From the NCBI GenBank assembly GCA_024683495.1, contig JAIKYF010000056.1, positions 1-49,108 on the forward strand: a stretch of 49,108 nucleotides of DNA, written 5' to 3'. This document shows positions 1 to 9,306 of the stretch, one piece after another. Source of the stretch: Bacilli bacterium (GTDB lineage: Bacteria; Bacillota_I; Bacilli_A; RFN20; CAG-826). Positions within the stretch are counted from its first letter, which is position 1. Each line of letters begins with the position of its first letter. Made by a program: the position numbers and the translations under genes. The notes beneath the pieces are model-generated. The model saw only the letters and a list, made by a program, of their open reading frames with translations, was not told the origin of the DNA and made no database searches.

Positions 1-1
1 G

Positions 2-1003
2 GTCCTTCTTATCACCGGCGGGACGGGCTCCTTTGGCCATGCCGTCGTCGATAGATTCCTTGATACCGACATCAAGGAGATCCGCATCCTCTCTAGAGAC
101 GAGAAGAAGCAGGACGATATGAGAAAGGCCTACAATAACGAGAAACTCAAGTTCTATATCGGCGATGTCCGGAACTTAGAATCGATCATCGATGCCTTCA
201 AAGGGGTCGACTATGTCTTCTCGGCCGCCGCGCTTAAGCAAGTCCCATCTTGCGAATTCTATCCGATGGAAGCGGTCAGAACCAACGTCATCGGCAGCGA
301 TAACGTCATCACCGCCTGCGTGAGAATCCACGTCAAAAAGGCTATATTCTTATCTACTGACAAGGCTGCTTACCCCATCAATGCGATGGGTATCTCCAAG
401 GCTTTGATGGAGAAAAACGTCGTCGCGAGATCTAGGCAACTATTAAAAGGCGACACCGTTTTATGCCTCACTAGATATGGTAACGTCATGGCCTCCCGTG
501 GCTCGGTCATCCCTCTATTCCTCAATCAGATCCACGCTGGTAAGCCCATCACCATCACCAATCCCGACATGACCCGTTTCATGATGACCCTCGATGATGC
601 GGTCGACCTCGTCTTATATGCTTTCGAACATGGTGAGCAGGGCGATTTATTCGTCCAGAAGGCTCCTGCCGCGACCATTGAGACCTTGGCCAAAGCCGTC
701 ATCTCCCTCACCGGGAGTGAGACCGGCATCGAATATATCGGCACTAGACATGGCGAGAAACTCTATGAAACCTTGGTCACCCAAGAAGAGATGCTCAGAG
801 CCGTCGACTGCGGCAATTTCTTCCGCGTCGTCGCCGATAACCGTGACCTCAACTACGATAAATATTTCTCCAAGGGCAACAAGAAGCTAAACTTAGGTGA
901 ATCATATACTTCCCATAACACCGGAAGGCTCGACGTCGAGGGGATGAAGGCTCTTTTGAAGAAGCTCGAACTCTTCGGCGGACCCGTCAAGCAACACGAA
1001 TAG
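2..1003 (+). CDS. capE: UDP-N-acetylglucosamine 4,6-dehydratase, CapE/FnlA family (5' end cut by window edge)
   Basis: The frame is open from nt 2 (VLLITGGTGSFGHAVVDRFLDTDIKEIRILSRDEKKQDDM...). The Rossmann GGTGSFG motif therefore lies upstream of the Met at 119 used by the track. Extended-SDR polysaccharide dehydratase look; followed by CapG- and CapF-like genes. Confidence 0.8.
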   Translation, partial: VLLITGGTGSFGHAVVDRFLDTDIKEIRILSRDEKKQDDMRKAYNNEKLKFYIGDVRNLESIIDAFKGVDYVFSAAALKQVPSCEFYPMEAVRTNVIGSDNVITACVRIHVKKAIFLSTDKAAYPINAMGISKALMEKNVVARSRQLLKGDTVLCLTRYGNVMASRGSVIPLFLNQIHAGKPITITNPDMTRFMMTLDDAVDLVLYAFEHGEQGDLFVQKAPAATIETLAKAVISLTGSETGIEYIGTRHGEKLYETLVTQEEMLRAVDCGNFFRVVADNRDLNYDKYFSKGNKKLNLGESYTSHNTGRLDVEGMKALLKKLELFGGPVKQHE

Positions 1004-1012
1004 GAGGCTCCT

Positions 1013-2170
1013 ATGACTTTCCAAAATAACGGCAAAACCAAACTCCTCATCATCGCCGGGACGAGGCCCGAGATCATCCGCCTCGCCGCGGTCATGAAAA
1101 GAAGCCGGGAATATCTAGACACCCTGATCTGCTACACCAACCAGAACTACGATAAGAATCTCTCGACCGTCTTCTGGGAGGATTTTGGCTTGGGCGGACC
1201 GGATATCTTGCTTCATGTCGCCGGCAAAAACCTCGGCGAAACCTGCGCGAACATCATCTCTCAGACCTATGATCTCATGGTGGAAGTCAAACCCGACGCC
1301 GTCTTGGTCTTGGGGGATACCAACTCTTGCCTATCCGCCATCAACGCCAAACGCCTCCACATCCCCTTATTCCATATGGAAGCGGGGAACCGCTGCAAGG
1401 ACGAATGCCTTCCCGAAGAGACCAATAGGAGAATCGTCGACATCATCTCCGATGTCAATCTCCCCTATAGCGAGGCCGCGAGAAGATATCTCATCGAATG
1501 CGGCATGCCCAAAGAAAGAACCTATGTCACCGGCTCCCCGATGGCCGAGGTCCTCACGATGAACCTTGAGCAAATCAAATCCAGCGACGTCCTTAAGCGC
1601 CTAGGCTTAGAAAAAGACCATTACATCCTCCTTTCCGCCCACCGCGAGGAGAATCTCGATAGCGAGAAGAATTTCACCAGCCTCTTCACCGCGATCAACG
1701 CCTTGGCCGAGAAATACGATATGCCAATCCTTTATTCTTGCCATCCTAGAAGCAAGAAGAAACTCGAGGCCTCGGGTTTCAAGCTCGACCCCCGCGTCCG
1801 CGTCAATGAGCCCTTAGGCTTCAACGATTACAATAACCTTCAGATGAATGCCCTCGCGGTCGTCTCCGATTCGGGGACTCTGCCCGAAGAAAGCAGCTTC
1901 TATCTATCCATCGGCCATCCGATCGCCGCGGTCTGCATCAGGACCTCGACCGAGCGCCCGGAAGCCATTGAAGCGGGGGACTTCCTCATCGCCGGCATCA
2001 CCACCGATGAGCTTCTCCAATCCACCGAGATGGCCATTGAGATGAAGCGTAACGGCGTCTTAGGAAAACCCTGCCCCGATTATATCGATACCAGTGTCTC
2101 GATGAAGGTGATCCGCATCATCCAAAGCTACACCAACATCGTCAACCGCATGGTTTGGAGAAAAGACTAA
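1013..2170 (+). CDS. capG: UDP-N-acetylglucosamine 2-epimerase family (non-hydrolysing, CapG/FnlC type)
   Basis: 385 aa. N-terminal LLIIAGTRPEIIRL and HMEAGNR motifs typical of the WecB/epimerase_2 family. SD AGGAGG lies 6 nt upstream of the ATG. Confidence 0.8.
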   Translation: MTFQNNGKTKLLIIAGTRPEIIRLAAVMKRSREYLDTLICYTNQNYDKNLSTVFWEDFGLGGPDILLHVAGKNLGETCANIISQTYDLMVEVKPDAVLVLGDTNSCLSAINAKRLHIPLFHMEAGNRCKDECLPEETNRRIVDIISDVNLPYSEAARRYLIECGMPKERTYVTGSPMAEVLTMNLEQIKSSDVLKRLGLEKDHYILLSAHREENLDSEKNFTSLFTAINALAEKYDMPILYSCHPRSKKKLEASGFKLDPRVRVNEPLGFNDYNNLQMNALAVVSDSGTLPEESSFYLSIGHPIAAVCIRTSTERPEAIEAGDFLIAGITTDELLQSTEMAIEMKRNGVLGKPCPDYIDTSVSMKVIRIIQSYTNIVNRMVWRKD

Positions 2171-2171
2171 G

Positions 2172-3368
2172 ATGAAGATCCTGGTCACCGGCGCCAAAGG
2201 GATGGTCGGAACCTCCCTTTGCCATAACCTAAGAAACATTCTCGAAGGCAAGAATAGGACTCGCCCGAATATCAAAATCGACGAGATCTATGAGTATGAC
2301 ATCGATTCTTCCAAGGAAGATTTAGATAAGTATTGCCAAGACTGCGACTTCGTCTTCAATCTCGCCGGAGTCAACCGCCCGAAGACCCCCGAAGAATTCA
2401 TGGAAGGCAATTTCGGTTTCGCGTCTTTGCTTTTGAATACGTTAAAAAAGCATAACAACAAATGCCCGATCATGCTCTCAAGCTCCATCCAAGCCACCCT
2501 CATCGGCCGTTATGATGGAGAATATGGCAGAAGCAAATTAGCAGGCGAGAAGCTATTCTTCGATTATGCAAAAGAAGTGGGATCTGCCGTGTATATTTAC
2601 CGTTTCCCTAATCTTATGGGCCACTCGAGGCCTAACTATAATTCGGCGGTTTCGACTTTCTGCAACGCCATCGCCAACGACCTTGAATACCACATCTCCG
2701 ATCCTAATGCCGAAGTGGAGCTCCTCTATATCGATGACTTAGTCGAGGGGATGTTTGACCTATTGGAAGGGAAGGAGAATAGATGCGAATTCGAGGGCTT
2801 GACTCCCGTCGAGAAAGAAGATGGCCGTTATTGCTATATCCCCATCACCCATAAGGTGACTCTCGGGAGAATCATCGAATTATTGCTCTCCTTCAAAGAC
2901 CAGCCTCTCAGCCTAATGATGCCGAAGATGCCCAAAGGCTCCTTCGAGAAGAAGCTTTTCTCCTTATATCTAAGCTATCTCCCAAAAGAGAAATTCATCT
3001 ACGCCTTCAAAAGCAACGTCGATGAAAGGGGATCTTTCACGGAACTAGTCCACACCTTGGATTGCGGGCAGATTTCCGTCAATATCTCTAAGCCTGGGAT
3101 AACCAAAGGCAACCATTGGCATAATTCCAAATGGGAACAATTCATTGTCGTCAGCGGGCATGCTCTCATCCAAGAAAGGAACATCACGACCGGCGAATTC
3201 GTCGAATTCGAAGTCTCTGGCGGAAAAATCGAGGCCGTCTATATGATTCCTGGCTGGAGTCACAATATCATCAATCTTTCCAAAACCGAGAATCTTGTGA
3301 CGATCATGACCTGCAACGAAATTTTCGATAAGGATCATCCCGACACCTTCTTTGAAGTGGTGAAATAA
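2172..3368 (+). CDS. capF: CapF/FnlB-like bifunctional reductase/epimerase (N-terminal SDR plus C-terminal cupin)
   Basis: 398 aa. N-terminal KILVTGAKGMVG Rossmann motif; C-terminal cupin-like segment (GSFTEL...KGNHWH...). The start follows the capG stop by 1 nt. Confidence 0.7.
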   Translation: MKILVTGAKGMVGTSLCHNLRNILEGKNRTRPNIKIDEIYEYDIDSSKEDLDKYCQDCDFVFNLAGVNRPKTPEEFMEGNFGFASLLLNTLKKHNNKCPIMLSSSIQATLIGRYDGEYGRSKLAGEKLFFDYAKEVGSAVYIYRFPNLMGHSRPNYNSAVSTFCNAIANDLEYHISDPNAEVELLYIDDLVEGMFDLLEGKENRCEFEGLTPVEKEDGRYCYIPITHKVTLGRIIELLLSFKDQPLSLMMPKMPKGSFEKKLFSLYLSYLPKEKFIYAFKSNVDERGSFTELVHTLDCGQISVNISKPGITKGNHWHNSKWEQFIVVSGHALIQERNITTGEFVEFEVSGGKIEAVYMIPGWSHNIINLSKTENLVTIMTCNEIFDKDHPDTFFEVVK

Positions 3369-3381
3369 CCTTCAATATCGC

Positions 3382-3408
3382 GCCCTCCTTGCTGGAGGGC
3401 TTTTTTGT
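3382..3408 (+). terminator. Rho-independent terminator of the sugar operon
   Basis: GCCCTCC-ttgct-GGAGGGC followed by TTTTTTGTTTTTTT. Confidence 0.8.
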
Positions 3409-3443
3409 TTTTTTATGGCCTTTAAAAGAAATTTCTAGGCAAG

Positions 3444-3475
3444 AAAAACAAAAAATTCCCGTGCAAAACGGGAAT
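3444..3475 (-). terminator. Rho-independent terminator downstream of tRNA-Ser(CGA)
   Basis: The minus strand reads ATTCCCGT-tttgc-ACGGGAAT followed by TTTTTGTTTTT. Confidence 0.7.
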
Positions 3476-3488
3476 ATTTTCTCTATTT

Positions 3489-3579
3489 TGGCGGAGAAGA
3501 AGGGATTTGAACCCTTGCTAGGCCTGAACCTACTAGCAGTTTTCGAGACTGCCCCCTTCGACCACTTGGGTACTTCTCC
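3489..3579 (-). tRNA. tRNA-Ser (anticodon CGA), CCA encoded
   Basis: Hand-folded cloverleaf. Acceptor GGAGAAG/CTTCTCC; anticodon stem GCAGT/ACTGC with loop CTCGAAA; long variable arm GCTAG..CTAGC; T arm AAGGG-TTCAAAT-CCCTT; 3' GCCA. Confidence 0.9.
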
Positions 3580-3617
3580 AGCGGGCTCTATTCTAATGCT
3601 TTTTCTTTCTTCTTACA

Positions 3618-5477
3618 ATGAAAACGTTATGTCATTATTTGTGCGCGCGTGATATGATTACGCGTGTAAAGATTATGCAGTGGTTCTACGATTTCATTTC
3701 CAAATTCTTCGTTTGGCTCAGAAGCGTCCCTTGGGATCGCGTTTTATTCATCGTCATCATGGCCGGATCTTTGATCGCGATCGGCTTATTCATCCTGACT
3801 TTTGTTCGGGGGACGAATAAGAAAGCCAAGGCCGAAGAGAGGATCGCCCTTGAATCTTCCTCAGTCAGGCTTTATCGCCTCAACGTCGCCCAAAACGAGG
3901 TCGAATACCGCGACTTGAAGGATTTCTCCAAGATCACCCACGATTCCCTTGATAATTTCTATCAGTATTTCCCAACTAGAGAGCAACCTAAAGTCCGCAA
4001 CTGGGTCTCGTTGATCTCCGAGGGGGAGAAAAGCGATGAATATCTTGAGACCATCGTCTATCTTGAAGGAAGAAAAGAGATGGCGGCGTTTTTCCGCATC
4101 GTCAAAGTCGACCGCACTTTAGGGGTCATCCAACTAGAGAGATATCTCATTCATTATGAGCCTTTGACCTATACTAGGAAGGTCCATAATTTCTCCTCCA
4201 CCGATGACTTCACCCAAGCCATCAACACCAATGGGGCTGGGACGGGGATGACTTTCTGCTTCTCGCTTCTTCCCAAAAGAAATGAGAACGGCATCGAATT
4301 GACGCAATCCAACCATCAGCCAAAAGAACTCATCCAAGCCTTCCAGGAATCCATCGCCGCTTTCGTAAGAAACAAAGAGCTCCTCATTCAGATGTCCGAT
4401 CGGGAGATGATCATCGCCAATCTCCGCATGACCTCCCGGGCCGAAGCCATCGAATTCGCCCTCAAAGTCAATAACTACGCCAACCGGATGGTCGTTGATA
4501 AGAGCAAGAAGAAGCAGCATAAGAATTATTCTCTCCGCCGTCCTTCGGCGATGGAAGTCCGCTGTGGAGTCGTCTCCAATAAGGATTTGATCGGCGATAC
4601 CGATGCCATCCTCACCGAAGCCAGGAGAACCGCCTCCTCCTCATCTTCCCTCGGCTCCTTAAGTTTCTACGTCAAAGGGCAAAACGCCGTCTCCCAAGAA
4701 GAAATCTCCTCCTACCGCGACGAACTCAAGAAGTTCCTCGATGGCAAGCAAATCGCCTATAGCTATCGGCCAGTCTATTGGGTCAGAGGCAAGGAAGTGG
4801 TGGGGTATCTTGGCCGCGCTGAGCCATTGAACTCAGCCTTCAAATCCATCGAGGAATTGAAGAACTATGCCGTCAGGGCTCAGTTAGAGAGCAATCTCTT
4901 CTCAGCCATCGCCAAAGGCTTAATCCCCCGTTTCGCCAACGAGAACAGCGATCCCAATAGCAAACTCTTCTTCCAGGTCCGGGCCTCGGAGATGAAGATG
5001 TGCCTCACTCAGATTCCAAGAATCAAAGATGCCCAAGAGGTCAAGCTGGTCTTCTTATTCAGGGAAGATGACCTCTCTGTCAATGTCGACACCTCTCAGA
5101 TCGACGATTTCATCGAGGACATCGATACCCTCAAGAGCAGAGGCTATGGCTGCTCCTTATTGATGAAGGGCAAATATCTCCTCCTCGATTCCCGTTACTA
5201 TGATGCCTTCGATGATTTCTTCGTCGGATTCAATGATGAAGTGGACGAAGGCAACATCGACACCCAGATCCGTTCGGAACTCCACGCCCTCGTGGAAAAA
5301 CTCCTCAAATATCACCGGCCCATCATCGCGACGGGCTTAAGGAACTGGGGGTCGTTGGAGCTCATCATCCGTTCAGGGATCAATTACATCAGCTCCGATG
5401 TCTTCGCTCCCTATGACACGATGCTGACCCCCATCACCGAAAGAAACATCGAACGTATCAGCGATATGATTCGCTAA
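3618..5477 (+). CDS. membrane-anchored protein with degenerate GGDEF-like and EAL-like domains (predicted catalytically inactive)
   Basis: One N-terminal TM helix (VLFIVIMAGSLIAIGLFILTF). The C-terminal ~250 aa follow the EAL-domain layout but lack the signature residues: YRPVY..VVGYLGRAEP where EALxR is expected, LSVNV, LLMKG where DDFG is expected, IIATGLR where AEGVE is expected. The middle region follows the GGDEF layout, with MSDREMII where GGDEF is expected. The true start may be 3654 or 3675; an extended -10, TGaTATGAT, sits at 3650-3658. Confidence 0.55.
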   Translation: MKTLCHYLCARDMITRVKIMQWFYDFISKFFVWLRSVPWDRVLFIVIMAGSLIAIGLFILTFVRGTNKKAKAEERIALESSSVRLYRLNVAQNEVEYRDLKDFSKITHDSLDNFYQYFPTREQPKVRNWVSLISEGEKSDEYLETIVYLEGRKEMAAFFRIVKVDRTLGVIQLERYLIHYEPLTYTRKVHNFSSTDDFTQAINTNGAGTGMTFCFSLLPKRNENGIELTQSNHQPKELIQAFQESIAAFVRNKELLIQMSDREMIIANLRMTSRAEAIEFALKVNNYANRMVVDKSKKKQHKNYSLRRPSAMEVRCGVVSNKDLIGDTDAILTEARRTASSSSSLGSLSFYVKGQNAVSQEEISSYRDELKKFLDGKQIAYSYRPVYWVRGKEVVGYLGRAEPLNSAFKSIEELKNYAVRAQLESNLFSAIAKGLIPRFANENSDPNSKLFFQVRASEMKMCLTQIPRIKDAQEVKLVFLFREDDLSVNVDTSQIDDFIEDIDTLKSRGYGCSLLMKGKYLLLDSRYYDAFDDFFVGFNDEVDEGNIDTQIRSELHALVEKLLKYHRPIIATGLRNWGSLELIIRSGINYISSDVFAPYDTMLTPITERNIERISDMIR

Positions 5478-5489
5478 GAAGGTAAAAAT

Positions 5490-6929
5490 ATGTCTAAACA
5501 AATCAAAAACCAAGAAATCACCTCTCGCGACCAGGACTTTGCCCAATGGTATACCGACGTCTGCAAGAAGGCGGAATTGATGAACTATTCCTCCGTCAAA
5601 GGCTTCATCAATTATCTCCCCTATGGCTATGCCATCTGGGAAGAGATCCAAGCCTATCTTAATGGAAGATTCAAGGCGAATGGGGCCTCTAACGTCTATC
5701 TCCCCTTAGTCATCCCTTCTTCCTTATTCAATAAGGAGAAGGAGCACGTCGAAGGTTTCGCCCCCGAAACCTTGGTCGCCACATATGGAGGTGGCAACCA
5801 ATTGAATGATCCTCTCATCATCCGTCCGACTTCCGAGATTCTTTTCTCCGATTTATATAAGAACATCGTCTCTTCCTACCGCGACCTCCCCAAGATGTAC
5901 AATCAGTGGTGTTCCGTCGTCAGATGGGAAAAGACCACCCGTCCTTTCTTGAGGGGATCCGAATTCCTCTGGCAAGAAGGGCATTGCTTATTCGAAACCG
6001 CCGAACAAGCCCACGAAAACGTCATCAAATTCCTCGAGATCTATGATGATTTAGGGAAAGATGTCTTGGCGATCCCCTTCGTCAAAGGCAGAAAGACCGA
6101 GCATGAGAAATTCGCCGGGGCCATCGCGACCTATTCCATCGAAGCCCTCATGCATGATGGCAAGGCCCTCCAAAGCGGGACCTCCCATGATTTAGGCCAA
6201 GGCTTCGCCAAAGCCTTCGGCATCTCTTACTTAGGAAGAAAGAACGTCTTGGAGAATCCTTATCAGACCTCTTGGGGTGTCTCCACCCGCTTAATCGGCG
6301 CGACCATCATGGTCCATGGCGATGACAATGGCTTAGTCCTCCCACCCCGCGTCGCCCCGATCCAAGTCGTCATCATTCCTATCCGCCAGCAGACTCCCGG
6401 AGTCTTAGAGGCCTGCCACGAAATCGAGCAAGTCATCGCTAAGCAAGGAATCCGCGTCAAAGTCGATGACGATGACAATAAATCCCCTGGCTGGAAGTTC
6501 GCCGAATATGAGATGAAAGGCATCCCTCTCCGCATCGAGGTGGGACCTCGCGATCTCGAGAACGGACAAGCCGTCCTCTGCAAACGCTATAACGGCGAGA
6601 AAGATCTTCTCCCCATCACCGAAATCGAAGGCAATATCGCCAAAGTCCTTGATGACATCCATACAAAGATGTATCAAAAAGCCCTTGAGCATCTCAATAG
6701 CCACATCAGTGACGTTGAGGATCATGAAGGCCTCAAAGCCGTCTTGGAGAAAGGCGGCTACGCCCGCATGAAATTCTGCGGCGAAGAAGAGTGTGAGCTG
6801 AAGATCAAAGAGCTCACCAATGGCGGAACGGCCCGCTGCATCGCCAGCGAGAACCTCCCTGAAGGAGAGGTCTGCCCAATCTGCGGCAAGCCCGCCAAGA
6901 TGGTCGTCTATTTCGCCAAAGCCTATTAA
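5490..6929 (+). CDS. proS: prolyl-tRNA synthetase (archaeal/eukaryote-like short form)
   Basis: 479 aa class II aaRS. N-terminal DFAQWYTDV...KG motif, C-terminal zinc-binding CPICGKPA...YFAKAY ending in Tyr. SD GAAGG lies upstream. Confidence 0.9.
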   Translation: MSKQIKNQEITSRDQDFAQWYTDVCKKAELMNYSSVKGFINYLPYGYAIWEEIQAYLNGRFKANGASNVYLPLVIPSSLFNKEKEHVEGFAPETLVATYGGGNQLNDPLIIRPTSEILFSDLYKNIVSSYRDLPKMYNQWCSVVRWEKTTRPFLRGSEFLWQEGHCLFETAEQAHENVIKFLEIYDDLGKDVLAIPFVKGRKTEHEKFAGAIATYSIEALMHDGKALQSGTSHDLGQGFAKAFGISYLGRKNVLENPYQTSWGVSTRLIGATIMVHGDDNGLVLPPRVAPIQVVIIPIRQQTPGVLEACHEIEQVIAKQGIRVKVDDDDNKSPGWKFAEYEMKGIPLRIEVGPRDLENGQAVLCKRYNGEKDLLPITEIEGNIAKVLDDIHTKMYQKALEHLNSHISDVEDHEGLKAVLEKGGYARMKFCGEEECELKIKELTNGGTARCIASENLPEGEVCPICGKPAKMVVYFAKAY

Positions 6930-7050
6930 TAACGGCAAAATATTAGGGATTTGCAGGGGATAATGGTATTTAAAGATCCTCTGCGAAAACTTCTGCTAGT
7001 TATTAGATGACGCCTAAACAACAAAAACAATTGCGACAAAGGAGTACACT

Positions 7051-8322
7051 ATGGCCAAATTCCAGAAGAAAACCCCTCAGCCGGTCATTGAGGAAGATCC
7101 GATTGGAGATCAATCCGCGGAAGCTTTCGACATGCAGATGTCAGAAGAAGTCGAAGAGCCGAAAGTTCCGGAAGAAACCGCTCCTAGCGAGGAAAAAGCT
7201 CTTGTTCAAGCCCTTGATGAAGCCGATAAGAAAAGCGAGCAAACTCCTCCTGAGCCTAATCCGGTAGACACCAAAGACGATAAGGAGGGGCAACCAACAG
7301 AGCCGGTGAAGATCCCTGTCTTCAAGAAGTCCTCTCTTAATCAGCCTAAAGAAAATCCCGTGCAAAACACGGACGTTTTGTCTTGCCCACAATGTGGGGC
7401 AACCTTAGCTAAGGATGCGGAATTTTGCCCACATTGCGGGAAACAGATCCAAACCCTGCCCAAAAAGAATGACTCCGAAGAGATTACCAAAGAATGCCCG
7501 GTCTGCCATACCCATCTTCCTGACAAGGCAAATTATTGCTTAGAGTGCGGCCATCCTTTCATCTCCGTTCAAGCACCGGATGACGAGAAGATCATCCTTA
7601 GCGAAAACGTCATGGAATTAAGCGACCAGAAATGCCCTGAATGTGGGGCCAGGCGCTTAAAGGATACCCAATATTGCTATAAGTGCGGCCATCATTATCT
7701 CCCCACCAAAGAAGAGAAGAAGCTCACCTATAGCGAAGAAAAGAAAAGAAAGGGCTTGGTGGGAGCTTTCGTCACCTGCTTAGTCCTTGGCATCTTGGCC
7801 TTAGGCTTCTCCTTCGTCCTTTATGAGGTCTTCGTCACTCAGGTCGATTCCGATTATAAATTGATTATCTTGGGAAATCCGGCGAACTTAGCCGCCTATC
7901 CGGGATTCTTGCCCATTTATGCTTTCACGAGCGTCGATTTCGAAGTCCGTCATTATTATTGGATCCTTGGTTTCTTAGGACTATCCATCGTCGGAATCGT
8001 CGTCGCGGCCTTGAAATTAAAGAAACCCGCTGTCAAGAATGTCCTCACTTTCGTCTTGATGACTATCTGCTTTGCCTATGTCGCCTACGCTTTATATAAC
8101 CAGTCTATGGCGACTATCGAGTTCATTAAATATGACGCAGGAAGCAGGGGAACCCAATTCTATCAATCTCTCTTATCCCTTCCTTTAGGGGCGATGCTCT
8201 CCGTAGTGTTATTCGTCATCCTCTTTATCGTCCTCTTTGTCAATTTCATTGTCTCCCTCTCTGTCATGATCCGTGACTTCATCGTCGCCGGAAGAAGAAA
8301 GAAAGCCCGAGAAAATAAATAA
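7051..8322 (+). CDS. membrane protein with three N-terminal double zinc-ribbon motifs
   Basis: Three CPxCG...CxxCG repeats (CPQCGA..CPHCGK; CPVCHT..CLECGH; CPECGA..CYKCGH). An acidic/Pro-rich N-terminus and about 5-6 C-terminal TM helices. SD AAAGGAG upstream. Confidence 0.7.
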   Translation: MAKFQKKTPQPVIEEDPIGDQSAEAFDMQMSEEVEEPKVPEETAPSEEKALVQALDEADKKSEQTPPEPNPVDTKDDKEGQPTEPVKIPVFKKSSLNQPKENPVQNTDVLSCPQCGATLAKDAEFCPHCGKQIQTLPKKNDSEEITKECPVCHTHLPDKANYCLECGHPFISVQAPDDEKIILSENVMELSDQKCPECGARRLKDTQYCYKCGHHYLPTKEEKKLTYSEEKKRKGLVGAFVTCLVLGILALGFSFVLYEVFVTQVDSDYKLIILGNPANLAAYPGFLPIYAFTSVDFEVRHYYWILGFLGLSIVGIVVAALKLKKPAVKNVLTFVLMTICFAYVAYALYNQSMATIEFIKYDAGSRGTQFYQSLLSLPLGAMLSVVLFVILFIVLFVNFIVSLSVMIRDFIVAGRRKKARENK

Positions 8323-8346
8323 AATATAGTGTTTTTGCACGGAAAA

Positions 8347-8667
8347 ATGGAAGAAGAGTCGAATGATAAAATCCTTGAGTCAATCGAAAAATTGACTGAG
8401 GAAAGAATCGAAAAACACAAGGAAGAATACGCTATAGAAAAACGTCACTTCATTTTGTTTTTGGTTTTTGCCATTGTCATTATTCCGATTGGCTTATTTT
8501 GTTTTACCATATCTGGAACATGGGAGTGGCTGGATTTACGTGTGGCAGGGGTCATTACCGGAATCGTCTTATTGGTGACTTCAGTGATTTTGTTTATTAA
8601 AGCCTACCATGCCCGAAAGACCATGGATATTCTAGCTGAGGCGATTGAGAAACTAGGGAAAGGTTAA
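8347..8667 (+). CDS. small two-TM membrane protein, unknown function
   Basis: The track ORF starts at GTG 8329; ATG 8347 (MEEESNDK...) is the more likely start. Two hydrophobic helices. Confidence 0.5.
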   Translation: MEEESNDKILESIEKLTEERIEKHKEEYAIEKRHFILFLVFAIVIIPIGLFCFTISGTWEWLDLRVAGVITGIVLLVTSVILFIKAYHARKTMDILAEAIEKLGKG

Positions 8668-9158
8668 TAATAGCGGAGCTTTTCGGGGCAGTTGGTGAGT
8701 CCGTCATCTAAGATTTGGACGCATTTGCGGACGAAGCGGGCGAAAGTGATGACATCCTTATCCGGGAAAATCCGATAACGTTGGATGTAAGCTTCATCGC
8801 TGGGATCTAATAAGAAATCATTGATGAGGAATTCCAAATCATAGAAACGGCCGATGGCCTGTTTTCTTTTTCCGCCTTCGGCGGTGTAGCGATGCTCTTT
8901 GATATAGTTTTTAAGGAAAGGATAATTTTCGTCGATTAAGGAGAGTAATTCCCGGTTCTTGGCTTGCTCTAATCCCCAGGCGCCTTCATCATATGGGGTG
9001 CCTAGTTTTCTATTGGAGGGATCATATTTTTGATAGAAGTAGGTGATCTCCCCGTCGGTATAGACATTGACCGTGATGAAATCCTTATACTCAAGGTATA
9101 AATCGCGGTTTTCTTCTAACTTATAGGGAACGGTGAATGAAAAATAAATTGTTTTCAT
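8664..9158 (-). CDS. hypothetical cytoplasmic protein
   Basis: 164-aa ORF with no recognisable motif. Its stop overlaps the stop of the convergent 8347-8667 gene. Confidence 0.55.
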   Translation of the reverse strand: MKTIYFSFTVPYKLEENRDLYLEYKDFITVNVYTDGEITYFYQKYDPSNRKLGTPYDEGAWGLEQAKNRELLSLIDENYPFLKNYIKEHRYTAEGGKRKQAIGRFYDLEFLINDFLLDPSDEAYIQRYRIFPDKDVITFARFVRKCVQILDDGLTNCPEKLRYY

Positions 9159-9276
9159 GCGATTATTCTATCCCAAAAGAAAACAAATTAAACATAATCA
9201 ATAAATATCGGGAATAAAACCCCAATATTTTAAATAAAATCTTGCGATATTTGTCTTAGGGTGTATTATCAAACGC

Positions 9277-9298
9277 AATTGATATATTGATATCAATT
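9277..9298. promoter_or_regulatory. operator-like inverted repeat AATTGATAT-attg-ATATCAATT
   Basis: 9-bp perfect arms located between a -10-like TATTAT (9264-9269) and the ATG at 9307. No SD is present. Confidence 0.4.
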
Positions 9299-9306
9299 AC
9301 CTGCGT

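Noticed and set aside
3389-3652. 87-aa plus-strand ORF
   Set aside because: It runs through two terminator hairpins and the antisense of tRNA-Ser(CGA), and has no SD.
7007-7267. 86-aa basic ORF overlapping the 5' end of the zinc-ribbon gene
   Set aside because: It is in an alternative frame of a gene that has a good SD and ATG at 7051, and it has a low-complexity Lys/Arg composition.
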